A DNA stretch of 64,000 nt from the NCBI GenBank assembly GCA_963710755.1, contig CAVQBK010000003.1, forward strand, positions 160,001 through 224,000, read 5' to 3'. This stretch comes from an uncultured bacterium. GTDB taxonomy: Bacteria > Oederibacteriota > JAAXVQ01 > JAUVAV01. Below, piece after piece: positions 10,731 to 20,099 of the stretch (position 1 is the stretch's first letter; each line of letters starts with the position of its first letter). Below the pieces are notes generated by a model. That model was given only the letters and a program-made list of their open reading frames with translations, was not told where the DNA came from and searched no databases. A program made the position numbers and the translations under genes.

Positions 10731-12014
10731 TTAATCATGCACTCTCCTTATCCGCAACACCTTGCGCTTTTTTATTTTCTCCACCGTGCTGCCCGGCTGA
10801 CTGCTGTCTTTGACCTGGCCGGCAGCTTCCAGTTTGCCGTACAACCGGTGAAGCTGACCGGCCGCCACGGACCAATCATACTGATCCCGGGACAGGGTTA
10901 ACGCAGCCTGGCGCAAGCGGTCTGCCAAGGCATTGTCCTGCAGCAACCGCACGACCTGGTCGGCAAAACCTTGCGCATCATCAGCAGCCAGAAGATGCTG
11001 TTCTGGCACAGCATCCAGGTTAGCGGCCACCACCGTGGTGGTCACAGCCGGCAAACCGGCTGCAAAATATTCAATGACTTTAAACTGACGGCCTGAGGCC
11101 ACGGCCACCGGGCAAATACCTACGCGGGCTTCTTGCAAAGCGGCTTTGAGATTCTCCACAGGCCCCACAAACCGGGCGCCGGGATAACGGCTATGGGATT
11201 GCGTCTTAGTCCCTCGTGGGGGCTGACCTATCACGGTCAGCGTGGCCTGGGGCACCTGCTTTTTAATCATAGACCAGCAGTGGCGGCAAAACCACCGCAA
11301 ACCCTGTTGGTTGGGCAGATAAGCCATGTTGGCCACGAAGAGTACATGGGGGCTTGTAGTCCTAGGCGCAGGCTGGCGAAAAGCGTCTGTATCCACGCCA
11401 TTGGTGACGATCTCGATCCAGGGGGCGCTGCCCTGGCGCAGAATGATCTCCTGGTCATGGGGCGAGGACACCAGACACAAGTCCATGTAGTCCGATACAT
11501 AGGGCTCGTATTTTTTCAATCGTTTGAGTTCATGCCTAATATACCCGGCCTTGAGCCAGGAGTGGTTTTCCTTTTGCCGGTTCTGAAAATACCTGGTCAT
11601 GGAATCCGTATAATCCAACACGCGGTACACACCCCGGCTCTGCAGGGCATAGGGGGCCATGCGCAAGCGGTAGGCATGGATCGCGTCCACGGCATAGCGC
11701 TGTACCAGTTCCCTGACCTGGGCATGCATGACCCTTTTCTGAAAGACCGCCACATTCAATGGTTTGGCACCAAACCAATGCCAGCAAGCCTTGGCCACCA
11801 ATTCCCTATGGCTGATGGGCACACTATGCACGGACGCGCAATACGCTTTCATTGCCTGCAACGCCTGCTCTTCACTGCGGTCACGCACAAAGCAGCAAAG
11901 ATGTACTGTATGTTTTTCGGATAAAGCTTTTAGTAAATGAAAGGCCCGCTGCCGGTCCCCGTCGAGCAGGGGATAGGGCACCAGCGGCGCCAGGTATAAG
12001 ATGTTCATGATCAT
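10731..12014 (-). CDS. Glycosyltransferase family 4 protein
   Basis: MNILYLAPLVPYPLLDGDRQRAFHLL, NGVDTDAF, KVIEYFAAGLPAVTT. Start at ATG 12014 or 12008 rather than 12143. Confidence 0.9.
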   Translation of the reverse strand: MIMNILYLAPLVPYPLLDGDRQRAFHLLKALSEKHTVHLCCFVRDRSEEQALQAMKAYCASVHSVPISHRELVAKACWHWFGAKPLNVAVFQKRVMHAQVRELVQRYAVDAIHAYRLRMAPYALQSRGVYRVLDYTDSMTRYFQNRQKENHSWLKAGYIRHELKRLKKYEPYVSDYMDLCLVSSPHDQEIILRQGSAPWIEIVTNGVDTDAFRQPAPRTTSPHVLFVANMAYLPNQQGLRWFCRHCWSMIKKQVPQATLTVIGQPPRGTKTQSHSRYPGARFVGPVENLKAALQEARVGICPVAVASGRQFKVIEYFAAGLPAVTTTVVAANLDAVPEQHLLAADDAQGFADQVVRLLQDNALADRLRQAALTLSRDQYDWSVAAGQLHRLYGKLEAAGQVKDSSQPGSTVEKIKKRKVLRIRRVHD

Positions 12015-12226
12015 CCTTGCCGGTAAATAATGGCTACGATTATACGGATTTTTGTCTTTAAAACCTAGGGCTAAATGGAAAGACCAACAGCAGGTTGTTC
12101 TTTTATTTCTGCTTACCCCTATCCTTAGGTTGGTTAGGATCAACCCTGGCGATTATATCTTTCTTTGCCTCAGTAAACAATTATGGCATAATGCAGGACC
12201 ACTAAACTCATAGGAGGGATGAACTA

Positions 12227-12874
12227 GTGAAAAAAATTTTTATTGCCATGCTGATGATGACCGTTTTCTTGTGCTCCTTTACCTGGGAAAGTCAGGCCGC
12301 TAAAAACAGGAGAGTCAGCTACGAACCTGCCCCCAAGCACAGTATTTCCATTGATCCAATTGCACCATTACTTACCCCGGTTTTTCCTATTGAATATGAA
12401 TACACCCTGGACAAAAATCACACCATTGCCGGACGTCTGGGTTTGGGTGGATGGAGCGTTGGTGGCTGGAGCACGTCGGTCTTCAGTGTGGGCGGCAGCT
12501 ATCGTTTTTTTAATGTCATCCAAGGCCTGAAGGACAATAAAGTCACCCCGGCAGGACTCTGGTTCGGACCGGCGGTGGATCTCATGATGGTGAGCTCCAC
12601 TTATTCCTACAACACTCTGGAATGGGATCCAAACTTATTGATCTATCGTACGGTCACGGTGGAGGATTCAGGCAGCTCGGTTTTCTTCTCATTGGGCGGT
12701 GAGGCCGGTTATGAATGGCTGTTTAAAGATGCCCTGGGTAAAGGTGTTCATCTTACGGTTTCGCCTTCACTCTATCTGGGATACACCATCGGCGGCCTGG
12801 ATTTGGGTAATACTTCCCTGGCCTTTGGTGGCTTTGGCATTGGCTTGGGGACCTCGGTGGGTGTGGCCTTTTAA
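12227..12874 (+). CDS. Putative outer-membrane beta-barrel protein (DUF3575-like)
   Basis: AGGAGG RBS, signal peptide, EYEY...YRFF...GLWFGP...GGEAGYEWLF, C-terminal VGVAF. Confidence 0.7.
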   Translation: MKKIFIAMLMMTVFLCSFTWESQAAKNRRVSYEPAPKHSISIDPIAPLLTPVFPIEYEYTLDKNHTIAGRLGLGGWSVGGWSTSVFSVGGSYRFFNVIQGLKDNKVTPAGLWFGPAVDLMMVSSTYSYNTLEWDPNLLIYRTVTVEDSGSSVFFSLGGEAGYEWLFKDALGKGVHLTVSPSLYLGYTIGGLDLGNTSLAFGGFGIGLGTSVGVAF

Positions 12875-12938
12875 TAGGTCCCCGGCTATTCCCCTGTTAT
12901 GCACGGGGGAGAATGATCTTTCTCCAGGCGTATTAAAC

Positions 12939-13139
12939 TACCCCGTCCTAAGAGATTGTGTTGCAACGCTTACTAATCCCTTCTCCCCTCATCAGAGGAG
13001 AGAAGGTGCTGGATGAGGGGTTACAATAGTGTTTTTTTAAATCCTTTTAAATGGTCCCCTCACCCCAACCCTCTCCCCACGAAAGCGGGGAGAGGGGATC
13101 TTGAGGTTGTGACACAGTCTCTAAATGACGGGGTATTTT
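12939..13139. terminator. Rho-independent terminator interrupted by the MITE
   Basis: Removing the MITE and one TAA restores TACCCCGTC-ctaaat-GACGGGGTA-TTTT between convergent genes. Confidence 0.6.
12952..13121. mobile_element. MITE-like element (170 bp) with imperfect 16-bp TIRs and a TAA target duplication
   Basis: Left end GAGATTGTGTTGCAAC, right end GTTGTGACACAGTCTC; TAA on both sides (12949-12951, 13122-13124). Carries an internal CCCTCACCCCAACCCTCTCCCC..GGGGAGAGGG REP-like unit and an inverted degenerate copy. Confidence 0.7.
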
Positions 13140-13160
13140 ATTTGGAGCTGCATTGCTTTT

Positions 13161-14504
13161 TCAGCTCCAAAAACTCAGGATTACACCCACCATTAAAAAC
13201 AAAGCATAACGCAGGTATAAACGGATGGAATTTAAGGGATACGGATGGGTGACTGCGTTTAGCCGGATAGCTTCTGCCGTAGCTCCGCTGGTGTTCATTT
13301 CATACAAACAATGCAGACCAAAGGGCAGACTCAACACCACCAGGGCTGCGGGATAAAGACGCGGCTGTAAACCAATGACCGCTGCCACCAGCACATAAGG
13401 CAGTATCAAAAAAAGACTATAAAGCCTGCGGGCAGGGTTAAGTCCAATCCGCAGGGGCAAGGTGATGAACCCGTTTTGCTGGTCATCAGCCATATCACGC
13501 AGGTTGTTGGCTAAAGTCACGGAGCCCACCAGCAAGCCCAACCCGAGCGACAATAAAAAGGCCACCCACTCCAGGCTTTGGGTCTGGGCATAATAAGCGC
13601 CCAGCACCATAAGCGGACCCATAAGCATGGATGTCAGGCCTTCACCAAGACCACGATACTTCATGGCCCACGGCCCGGCCGTGTAGGACGCGCCCCCTGC
13701 CATGCCGATGATCCCGAAGACCAGGATGCCCCAGCCCACTTTATAAATAAGATAAAGCCCGGCCAGGGCTGTAATCCCAAAGCAGGCCAAGGCTGCGGCC
13801 AGGATGACGCCGGGCGTGATCAGCTCCTGTACCAGCACGCCCGTGTGTGATGACAACGCCCCTGGGGTGTCATACCCTTTTTTAAAATCATTATAGTCAC
13901 TGAGCAAATTGGTGGCCAAATGAGCTGCCAGACCGCCCAGTAGCGCAGCCATAAAGATAACCCCATCAAAGACGTGGTGGCGCGCGGCCAGCAAACTGCC
14001 CAACAGCACGGGCACCACGGACATGGGTGCCGACACAATCCTGCTGGCCCGGAGCCAGAACTTAACCCATGACATGGATGCAGGCTTCGCGGAAGCCTCT
14101 TGCCAGCCTTGCTTGGAAAGCTCCATCACTTTTGGCTCCATAGGCAACGGCATGGACACAGAGATGCGGTAAGGACGAAGTACTACGATCTTTTCTCCCA
14201 AGCGGGTGCGCACCTCATCAGGAATTTTGTCTTGCGTCAGCACCTGCGCCACCGCCTGGCCTTCCACCTGATGGTCGGGGCTGCCGGTAATAAACCCTGC
14301 CCTGGGGTTTTTGGTGATGGCCGTTGCCAAGTCCGGATTATCCATGCGGCAGTAAAGCTCAAGACCACGGGCTGCCATGGGAACCATGGCCTGCCGCAAA
14401 TGAAGGTTAAACGCAGCCACTGTAAGCCACGACTGTTGCTCCAATTGCCGGATGATGTCCTCCATAGTGACTTGCATGTATTCCCTCATTTCCCTTATAT
14501 CCAT
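13161..14504 (-). CDS. menA: MenA/UbiA-family prenyltransferase with an extra ~140-aa N-terminal domain
   Basis: NLLSDYNDFKKGYD, YTAGPWAMKYRGLGE, LANNLRDMADDQQNGFITL. The N-terminal extension resembles a degenerate PNPOx-like split barrel. Confidence 0.8.
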   Translation of the reverse strand: MDIREMREYMQVTMEDIIRQLEQQSWLTVAAFNLHLRQAMVPMAARGLELYCRMDNPDLATAITKNPRAGFITGSPDHQVEGQAVAQVLTQDKIPDEVRTRLGEKIVVLRPYRISVSMPLPMEPKVMELSKQGWQEASAKPASMSWVKFWLRASRIVSAPMSVVPVLLGSLLAARHHVFDGVIFMAALLGGLAAHLATNLLSDYNDFKKGYDTPGALSSHTGVLVQELITPGVILAAALACFGITALAGLYLIYKVGWGILVFGIIGMAGGASYTAGPWAMKYRGLGEGLTSMLMGPLMVLGAYYAQTQSLEWVAFLLSLGLGLLVGSVTLANNLRDMADDQQNGFITLPLRIGLNPARRLYSLFLILPYVLVAAVIGLQPRLYPAALVVLSLPFGLHCLYEMNTSGATAEAIRLNAVTHPYPLNSIRLYLRYALFLMVGVILSFWS

Positions 14505-14710
14505 GGGCTATTTAAAGCACTGTGTTGGAGTATTGTACACGGAACCCCGGCTAAAACAAGTACCAAGGCCTTAGTTTTGAAATGAAATAATCTGCTTGTT
14601 GAAAATAATTTATCCCCCCCGCCAAATAGTGTTTTGCGCCCATGCTTAAATTAACTACTCGTTTTCTAGTGATCATTGGCGTTTAAATTAATTATGGGGA
14701 GGCCTGGGCT

Positions 14711-15190
14711 ATGATGAGAGGATTGTTATTTTTGGAGACCGGAAGTCATCATCGCTTGCGGTTGCAAGCCTGCAGTCCGGCTGTGCTCATAAGCTTTTTT
14801 TACTGCCCCTTATAACCTGGGCTTTTGAACCAGGTCTCTATAAGAGGGCATCTTCGCTCCCAACCTTAACTATCCGGGCCGGGTCATTGACATATCCTGC
14901 CAACGAGCTTCCGTAAACCGAGTCTTTCCAGGCCGGGACAAAACCGTCGTCTGTATTCAGGATTTGCATTGCAATTTTGGAATTTAAAAAATATTGTCGC
15001 CATCATCGATAACTTGGTCTAAAAGCAGGGATTGTGTCTGGTGGCCTTGTAAGGTATCGGTGGGCCGATGGATCCTGGTTTGCTCCTTCAGGAACATGAT
15101 CGGCAATGATCTGGTCAAGCAGGGACAATTAAGTGGCGGCGACTATTACACAGCTATTGGTGGCTGGCAGCTTTTATTTCAACTGACTTA
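14711..15190 (+). pseudogene. Decayed fragment of an 'IQDxH' N-terminal domain of giant proteins
   Basis: GGAGG RBS and ATG near 14711. Fragments DKTVVCIQDLHCNFGI*, NIVAIIDNLV*..CLVAL*GIG and LVKQGQLSGGDYYTAI are separated by stops and frameshifts. Confidence 0.55.
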
Positions 15191-15213
15191 AGACGGTTAA
15201 AGCCCACTTAACT

Positions 15214-15429
15214 TCATTGGCCTATTAATTTCTTAGCCTCATCTGCATCATTGGGATATAACGTGGCCGGCACTTTGTCTGCGCCAAGTGCTGTCGAGAC
15301 TTTAAACCGGGCACAATCTTGATAATTTTTTAAGCAATATTGATTTTTATAACTTTTAGACATAGCCGGCATATTTTTCATTTTATCGTTAAAAAAAATA
15401 CAGGTCTTTAATTTAGGACATTCTTGCAT
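15214..15429 (-). CDS. Small Cys-rich conserved hypothetical protein
   Basis: CPKLKTCIFFNDKM..MP..YC..CARFKV..LG..VP..LYPN with a GGAGGT RBS; 71 aa. Confidence 0.8.
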   Translation of the reverse strand: MQECPKLKTCIFFNDKMKNMPAMSKSYKNQYCLKNYQDCARFKVSTALGADKVPATLYPNDADEAKKLIGQ

Positions 15430-15660
15430 TTTGCACCTCCTGGAAAACGGCGTACTTCCTTCTTGATAGCCTGATTACTCTACCTTAAATGATCGGCATT
15501 TTTGAGGATGCCTAAAATCACCTATACATTAAATTATGTCATCATTCCACGGCAAAAGGTGCCGGCCAATTTTTATAAATCCTTTCTTCGCGCAGGGTCC
15601 ACGGACCGGTCAAGCAGCAGCTTTCTTGGCATTCATTTAATCAGCCCGATTTTTCTACCT

Positions 15661-15858
15661 TTAACCGCTCCCTCTCACCGCCTGCCCGGGCGATAATCCC
15701 AAAACAACCCAAGGCCGCAACAACACGATTCTTTTCCCAGGCCCGCTGCACAGCTCGGGGGGAATCTTATCTTGCACCAGCACCTGCACCATTGCTTGGC
15801 CTTCCACCTGATGCGGTTGGCGCAATGGTTGAGTTAGCGCCTCCATCGTGACATTCAT
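15661..15858 (-). pseudogene. Truncated, internally deleted paralog of the menA N-terminal domain
   Basis: MNVTME...HQVEGQAMVQVLVQDKIP..GKRIVLLRPW versus MQVTME...HQVEGQAVAQVLTQDKIP..GEKIVVLRPY in 13161..14504. DNA similarity between 15760-15812 and 14221-14272. Confidence 0.75.
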
Positions 15859-16096
15859 CCGGTTTCCCAATTAAAAAGCTTTCTTCCATCAGTGCTAAAA
15901 GAAGCCGTGGCACACTATTCGAACCACCTAAAGCCGAAATTAATACTATTTCTCACGTCTACCCTGGCGGGCACCAGCTCATGATAACTATCGCCACCGC
16001 TTAAGATATTACTTTGAAAAGGACGCCGCCGGCGTCTTACAAAAGTCTCTCTTGGAGACACAGAATCTAGAAGCCCCAAGTGTAGATTCTGGATGA

Positions 16097-17245
16097 TTAC
16101 CAGGATACGCGTTTTTTAAAATTAGTTTTTAAGGTTTCAAGATCAGAAGGTAATGTCGGCATGGCATTAAAGGCATTATTCATATTTTCAAGACTTTGGG
16201 CAGCCATGCGGTATTTGCTAAAGGCGCGTTTTACCAAGGTGGAACATTGTTGACGGGCGTAAATGGCTTTGTTCAAAGCACTGCTCTGTTCATACCAATT
16301 GGTCAAATCCTTAAAAACAAAAATAAGTTTTTCAATAGGATGATTAGCCGAGGTTGTCGACAAATCAACGTCGGCGACATACTTAAAGGGCTCGGTTTTC
16401 ATCCCCCGGCTGTTAAGTCGTTTGGTACCTTCATAAGCCTTAGGGCTCCAGGTGGCAGGATCTGCCAAAAATTCAGCCATGGCATAGGTTAAATAATCTC
16501 TAATCGTTGGATTGGAGCCAAAGACAACGTTCCAGTATTCGAAATAGGGCACATAGGGATCGTACGTTTCCCTACCAAAATTTCCACGATGCTGCCAGGC
16601 TTGCTCGAAATCTTTCTGGCAAGCCTCAATGAACCGGGTTGTGGTCCAGGAGCGAAAATCTTTGAAGTCAGCGGTCGCCGGATTTTGAGCAATGACGTAA
16701 GCATTGGCTTGAAAATAATGTCGCAAACAATAAGCACGTACCATGATCAGCATCGCCCGTAAGTCATCATCCGCAGGCATAGGCGATTGATACAATAGAT
16801 CCAAACTGGATTCATAGTCATGTCCATTTTGAATATGCAGTCTTACCGAGGTTAATAATGCCTTCGTAAGGTTATCATCATCGTGGTGTTGTTGCGCATT
16901 TTGGCGTATGAGGTCCAAGGATTCCAGGGCTGGTTTAAATTCAACCTCCTCAATATAATCATTAACATCTTGCCATAGTTGCGCCATATCCACAGCCTCA
17001 GGTGTCGGAGATGCTGGCGATGAGCTATCCGGATTTTGGGATGTCTCCTGATTGGTGCTGTCTGTTGCTGTTGATAAAGATTCATCTTCTGATGGATCAG
17101 AAGATGGTGACATGGTGGCCAATGATTTCAGCCCCGAGCCGCTCGGTGTAACCGCCACCACCGCGGATGCAGCATCAGCATAGGTGCCCATCGGAACATG
17201 GACAAGCGCAGATACAATGAATGCCGTGCTTAACAGTTTGATCAC
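16097..17245 (-). CDS. Secreted helical protein resembling the N-terminal region of bacterial alpha-2-macroglobulins
   Basis: Signal peptide, Ser/Pro-rich linker, then PTIRDYLTY..EFLADPATW..HPIEKL..DLTNWY. Family call is from recall. Confidence 0.5.
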   Translation of the reverse strand: MIKLLSTAFIVSALVHVPMGTYADAASAVVAVTPSGSGLKSLATMSPSSDPSEDESLSTATDSTNQETSQNPDSSSPASPTPEAVDMAQLWQDVNDYIEEVEFKPALESLDLIRQNAQQHHDDDNLTKALLTSVRLHIQNGHDYESSLDLLYQSPMPADDDLRAMLIMVRAYCLRHYFQANAYVIAQNPATADFKDFRSWTTTRFIEACQKDFEQAWQHRGNFGRETYDPYVPYFEYWNVVFGSNPTIRDYLTYAMAEFLADPATWSPKAYEGTKRLNSRGMKTEPFKYVADVDLSTTSANHPIEKLIFVFKDLTNWYEQSSALNKAIYARQQCSTLVKRAFSKYRMAAQSLENMNNAFNAMPTLPSDLETLKTNFKKRVSW

Positions 17246-17474
17246 AGGGCGATCCTTTTTTATAATTGGTTAGTAACCCTCGGGTTTGCTCGCTTTCACA
17301 TCGACTATATCACACCATCGTTTAACTCGTCCTCTTGATCTCCATGTCCTTCTTTGTATCACAACCAGCAAGGGTCTTCAAGAAAAGAGAAGCTTCCGGT
17401 CTCGCTTCTCATTGCTTCCAGGAAGGTGTGCTTTTATCCGGCGGCAACCGGCAAAGAGGTTGGTTAAGCCGGCC

Positions 17475-19913
17475 TTACTTAACAATCGCCAGTCGCTGCC
17501 GTTTCAGCCTCTTTTCTACATTGCCTATGCGCAGGATGATTTGATAGAAATAGATTCCCGGTGCTATTAGACCCGGCTGCCAGGTGGCATATGCTACTGG
17601 ATTTCCGACTTCAACTTGTGCAACTTTTTCCCCCGCCATATTATGAATGACAATTTTTACCTGATCCACGTCTTGTTCATTCCAGGTAAAAGTAATCTTA
17701 TCCCGACCGGGATTTGGATAAGCCAGGCCGTCTGGAGGAATATGGCCCGAGATGATAACGGTCATGGTCGGGGTAGGGGTAAGCATTACGGTAGGCGTCA
17801 TGGTGGTGGTCATACTTGGGGTTGGCGTTTTGGTTGCAGTGCTGGATAAGGGAACGGTTGAAGTTATAGTCGGGGTAACCGTTACCGATGGCGTGACGCT
17901 GGGTGTAGGGGTCACGGAAGCAGACGGCGTCGTGGTACTGCTCATGGTCAAGGTCGGGGTTATGGTGGACGTGGCCGACCTGCTGAAAGTTGGCGTCACC
18001 GTATTGCTGGGTGTGGGACTGGCGGTGGCCGTGACAGTGGCAGTTGGCGTCCATGTGTTGCTCGACGTAGGGGTGGGTATGGCGGTAATATAATCCACCA
18101 CCATGATGCCGGCATATTGATCTCCCACATAGGCCCGGTTCCCAACCAGCGTTATTGTCTCACTGTTGCCCGGTGTATCCAAGTTGTCGACTTGCTGGGG
18201 CGAAGACGGCAAGGAAACATCAAAAACCTCTATGCCCTTCGGCCCGTACCCCACAAATACCCGGTTATTGGCATACGCCAAGCCGTTGGCATACCATGTG
18301 GATATAAAAAATTGTCCTGTCTCCACAGGCACGGAGGGTGTGGTAACATTGACAATTCTCAGACCCTTTAAAAAATCCGCCATATAGGCATAGGTGGATG
18401 TTCCCCGGGACTCCACCACCACGTCCACGGCATACCCTCCGGCGACAAAATAATTACCCACGATCTGGGGATTGGATTTATTCTGGATATTGATTACCTG
18501 CAGCCCCTGAGCTTGATCTGCAACATAGGCATAATCACCTTGCACGGTGATCGCAAAAGCCGTACCCGGGGTATCCACCGCGCCTTCCTCAGAGGGACTG
18601 GTGGGCGTGGAAACATTGATAATCCGCATGCCGTAGGTACCATCGGCCACATAGGCATAAGAACCCACGACTTTCACGTCATAGCAAAGGCCGGTGGTAT
18701 TATAATTACCAGCCCATAGCGGATGATTCGGTGTTGAAACATCCAGAATCGTCAAGCCTTCCGTATCCGCTGCCACATAGGCGTATTGACCGCTGACGCT
18801 GACGGCCCAGGCCGTCCCGGTGGTATCAAAATAGCCGACTTCCATCGGCGCGGCGGGCACGGATATATCCAGAATCCGTAGCCCTGTGTCCAGATCCGCC
18901 ACATAGGCCGTATTGCCGTCTATGGCAATGCCGTTCGCTCTGGCAGGTGTGTTATAAAACCCTGCTTCCCCTGGGGAGGCCGGCGTGCTTATATCAATGA
19001 TTCTAAGTCCATAGGTGGTATCCGCCAAAAATACATACGCCCCGGCAACACAAAGCCCCCGGGCCGCACCGGGTAAATCGTATTGGCCGAGGCCGGCCAT
19101 GGCCGTGGGTGTGTTGATATCCAACAATTGCAGACCTTGTTGATCATTGGCTACACAGGCCATGGTATTGCTGATAAAAATCCCGTAGGCGTCCCCCAAT
19201 GTTGAAAAGCGATCCACATAAATAGGTGAGGAAGGTGTGCTTACGTCAATAGCATAAACGCCCATCGACCCTGCGGCAACATAGGCCATGGTTCCGTCCA
19301 CTTTCACATCATTGGCACTACTGGTATTGAAATCAGCCACTTCCACCGGATTGGTCTTATTGCTGATGTCAATCATTCTCAGTCTGCCGCCATCCGCCAC
19401 ATAAGCCCAGTCGCCCTGGACACACACATGCATGGCCGTGCCGGCAGTGTCGCAATCTCCCGCATAGGCCGGTGCAGCGGGCGCGGAAATATCCACAATA
19501 AACATGCCTTGATCCCCACAGGCCAGATAAGCATATAGCCCGTCAATAGCCACCCCCGAGGCCATACCACTGTTGATATTCTCAAAATGTCCGATTTCCA
19601 TTGGGGATGAAGGATCGCTGATATCAAGAATGCGAAGTCCCTTGTAGCCGTCCGCCACATAGGCATAAGACCCTGATATCTTGATGTCCTGGGCAGAGCC
19701 GGACGTGTCAAAATAGCCAACCTGGATCGGACTGGAGGGATTGGAAACATCCAGGATGGAGACCAGTCCATCGGCTGCACCATAAGCATAGTTGCCTTGC
19801 ACCGCCACGGCCTGTGGCAAGCCGCCCAGCATGTGGCCCACTTCCTGAAGTGCGGCAGCTCCCAGGGAGAGCCAATTTAACCATATCAACAGGCTCAAGA
19901 CAATCCGCTTCAT
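17475..19913 (-). CDS. LVIVD-repeat beta-propeller surface protein with a Thr/Pro linker and C-terminal Ig-like sorting domain
   Basis: Many YAYVADGxxGLRILDISxP repeats, a TPT/TVT linker, and a C-terminal AYPNP...IHNMAGEKV...PGIYFY domain. Confidence 0.9.
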   Translation of the reverse strand: MKRIVLSLLIWLNWLSLGAAALQEVGHMLGGLPQAVAVQGNYAYGAADGLVSILDVSNPSSPIQVGYFDTSGSAQDIKISGSYAYVADGYKGLRILDISDPSSPMEIGHFENINSGMASGVAIDGLYAYLACGDQGMFIVDISAPAAPAYAGDCDTAGTAMHVCVQGDWAYVADGGRLRMIDISNKTNPVEVADFNTSSANDVKVDGTMAYVAAGSMGVYAIDVSTPSSPIYVDRFSTLGDAYGIFISNTMACVANDQQGLQLLDINTPTAMAGLGQYDLPGAARGLCVAGAYVFLADTTYGLRIIDISTPASPGEAGFYNTPARANGIAIDGNTAYVADLDTGLRILDISVPAAPMEVGYFDTTGTAWAVSVSGQYAYVAADTEGLTILDVSTPNHPLWAGNYNTTGLCYDVKVVGSYAYVADGTYGMRIINVSTPTSPSEEGAVDTPGTAFAITVQGDYAYVADQAQGLQVINIQNKSNPQIVGNYFVAGGYAVDVVVESRGTSTYAYMADFLKGLRIVNVTTPSVPVETGQFFISTWYANGLAYANNRVFVGYGPKGIEVFDVSLPSSPQQVDNLDTPGNSETITLVGNRAYVGDQYAGIMVVDYITAIPTPTSSNTWTPTATVTATASPTPSNTVTPTFSRSATSTITPTLTMSSTTTPSASVTPTPSVTPSVTVTPTITSTVPLSSTATKTPTPSMTTTMTPTVMLTPTPTMTVIISGHIPPDGLAYPNPGRDKITFTWNEQDVDQVKIVIHNMAGEKVAQVEVGNPVAYATWQPGLIAPGIYFYQIILRIGNVEKRLKRQRLAIVK

Positions 19914-20099
19914 CCTACCCCCAACTAGTGGCCGATGCTCAAAAAAACCGGTTATTATTCAATTTCGATCAAATGGCTGCTAGACTTGAGTAAAATCCCG
20001 CCTTGATGGGCATTGTTGTGATGGCGCCCTGATTATGTCCAAAAAGTGCGGACACCTGCCTGGAAGAGCAATCCGTGCCGGCCACCGAATGAAATGATT

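Noticed and set aside
13013-13252. Small ORFs 12699..13016 and 13013..13252 containing PHPNPLP
   Set aside because: They are translations of the REP/MITE repeat, not real genes.
17750-19800. Repetitive DNA suggesting a CRISPR array or tandem repeat
   Set aside because: The repeats are degenerate coding LVIVD and Thr/Pro units within one ORF. There is no identical repeat-spacer structure and no cas gene.
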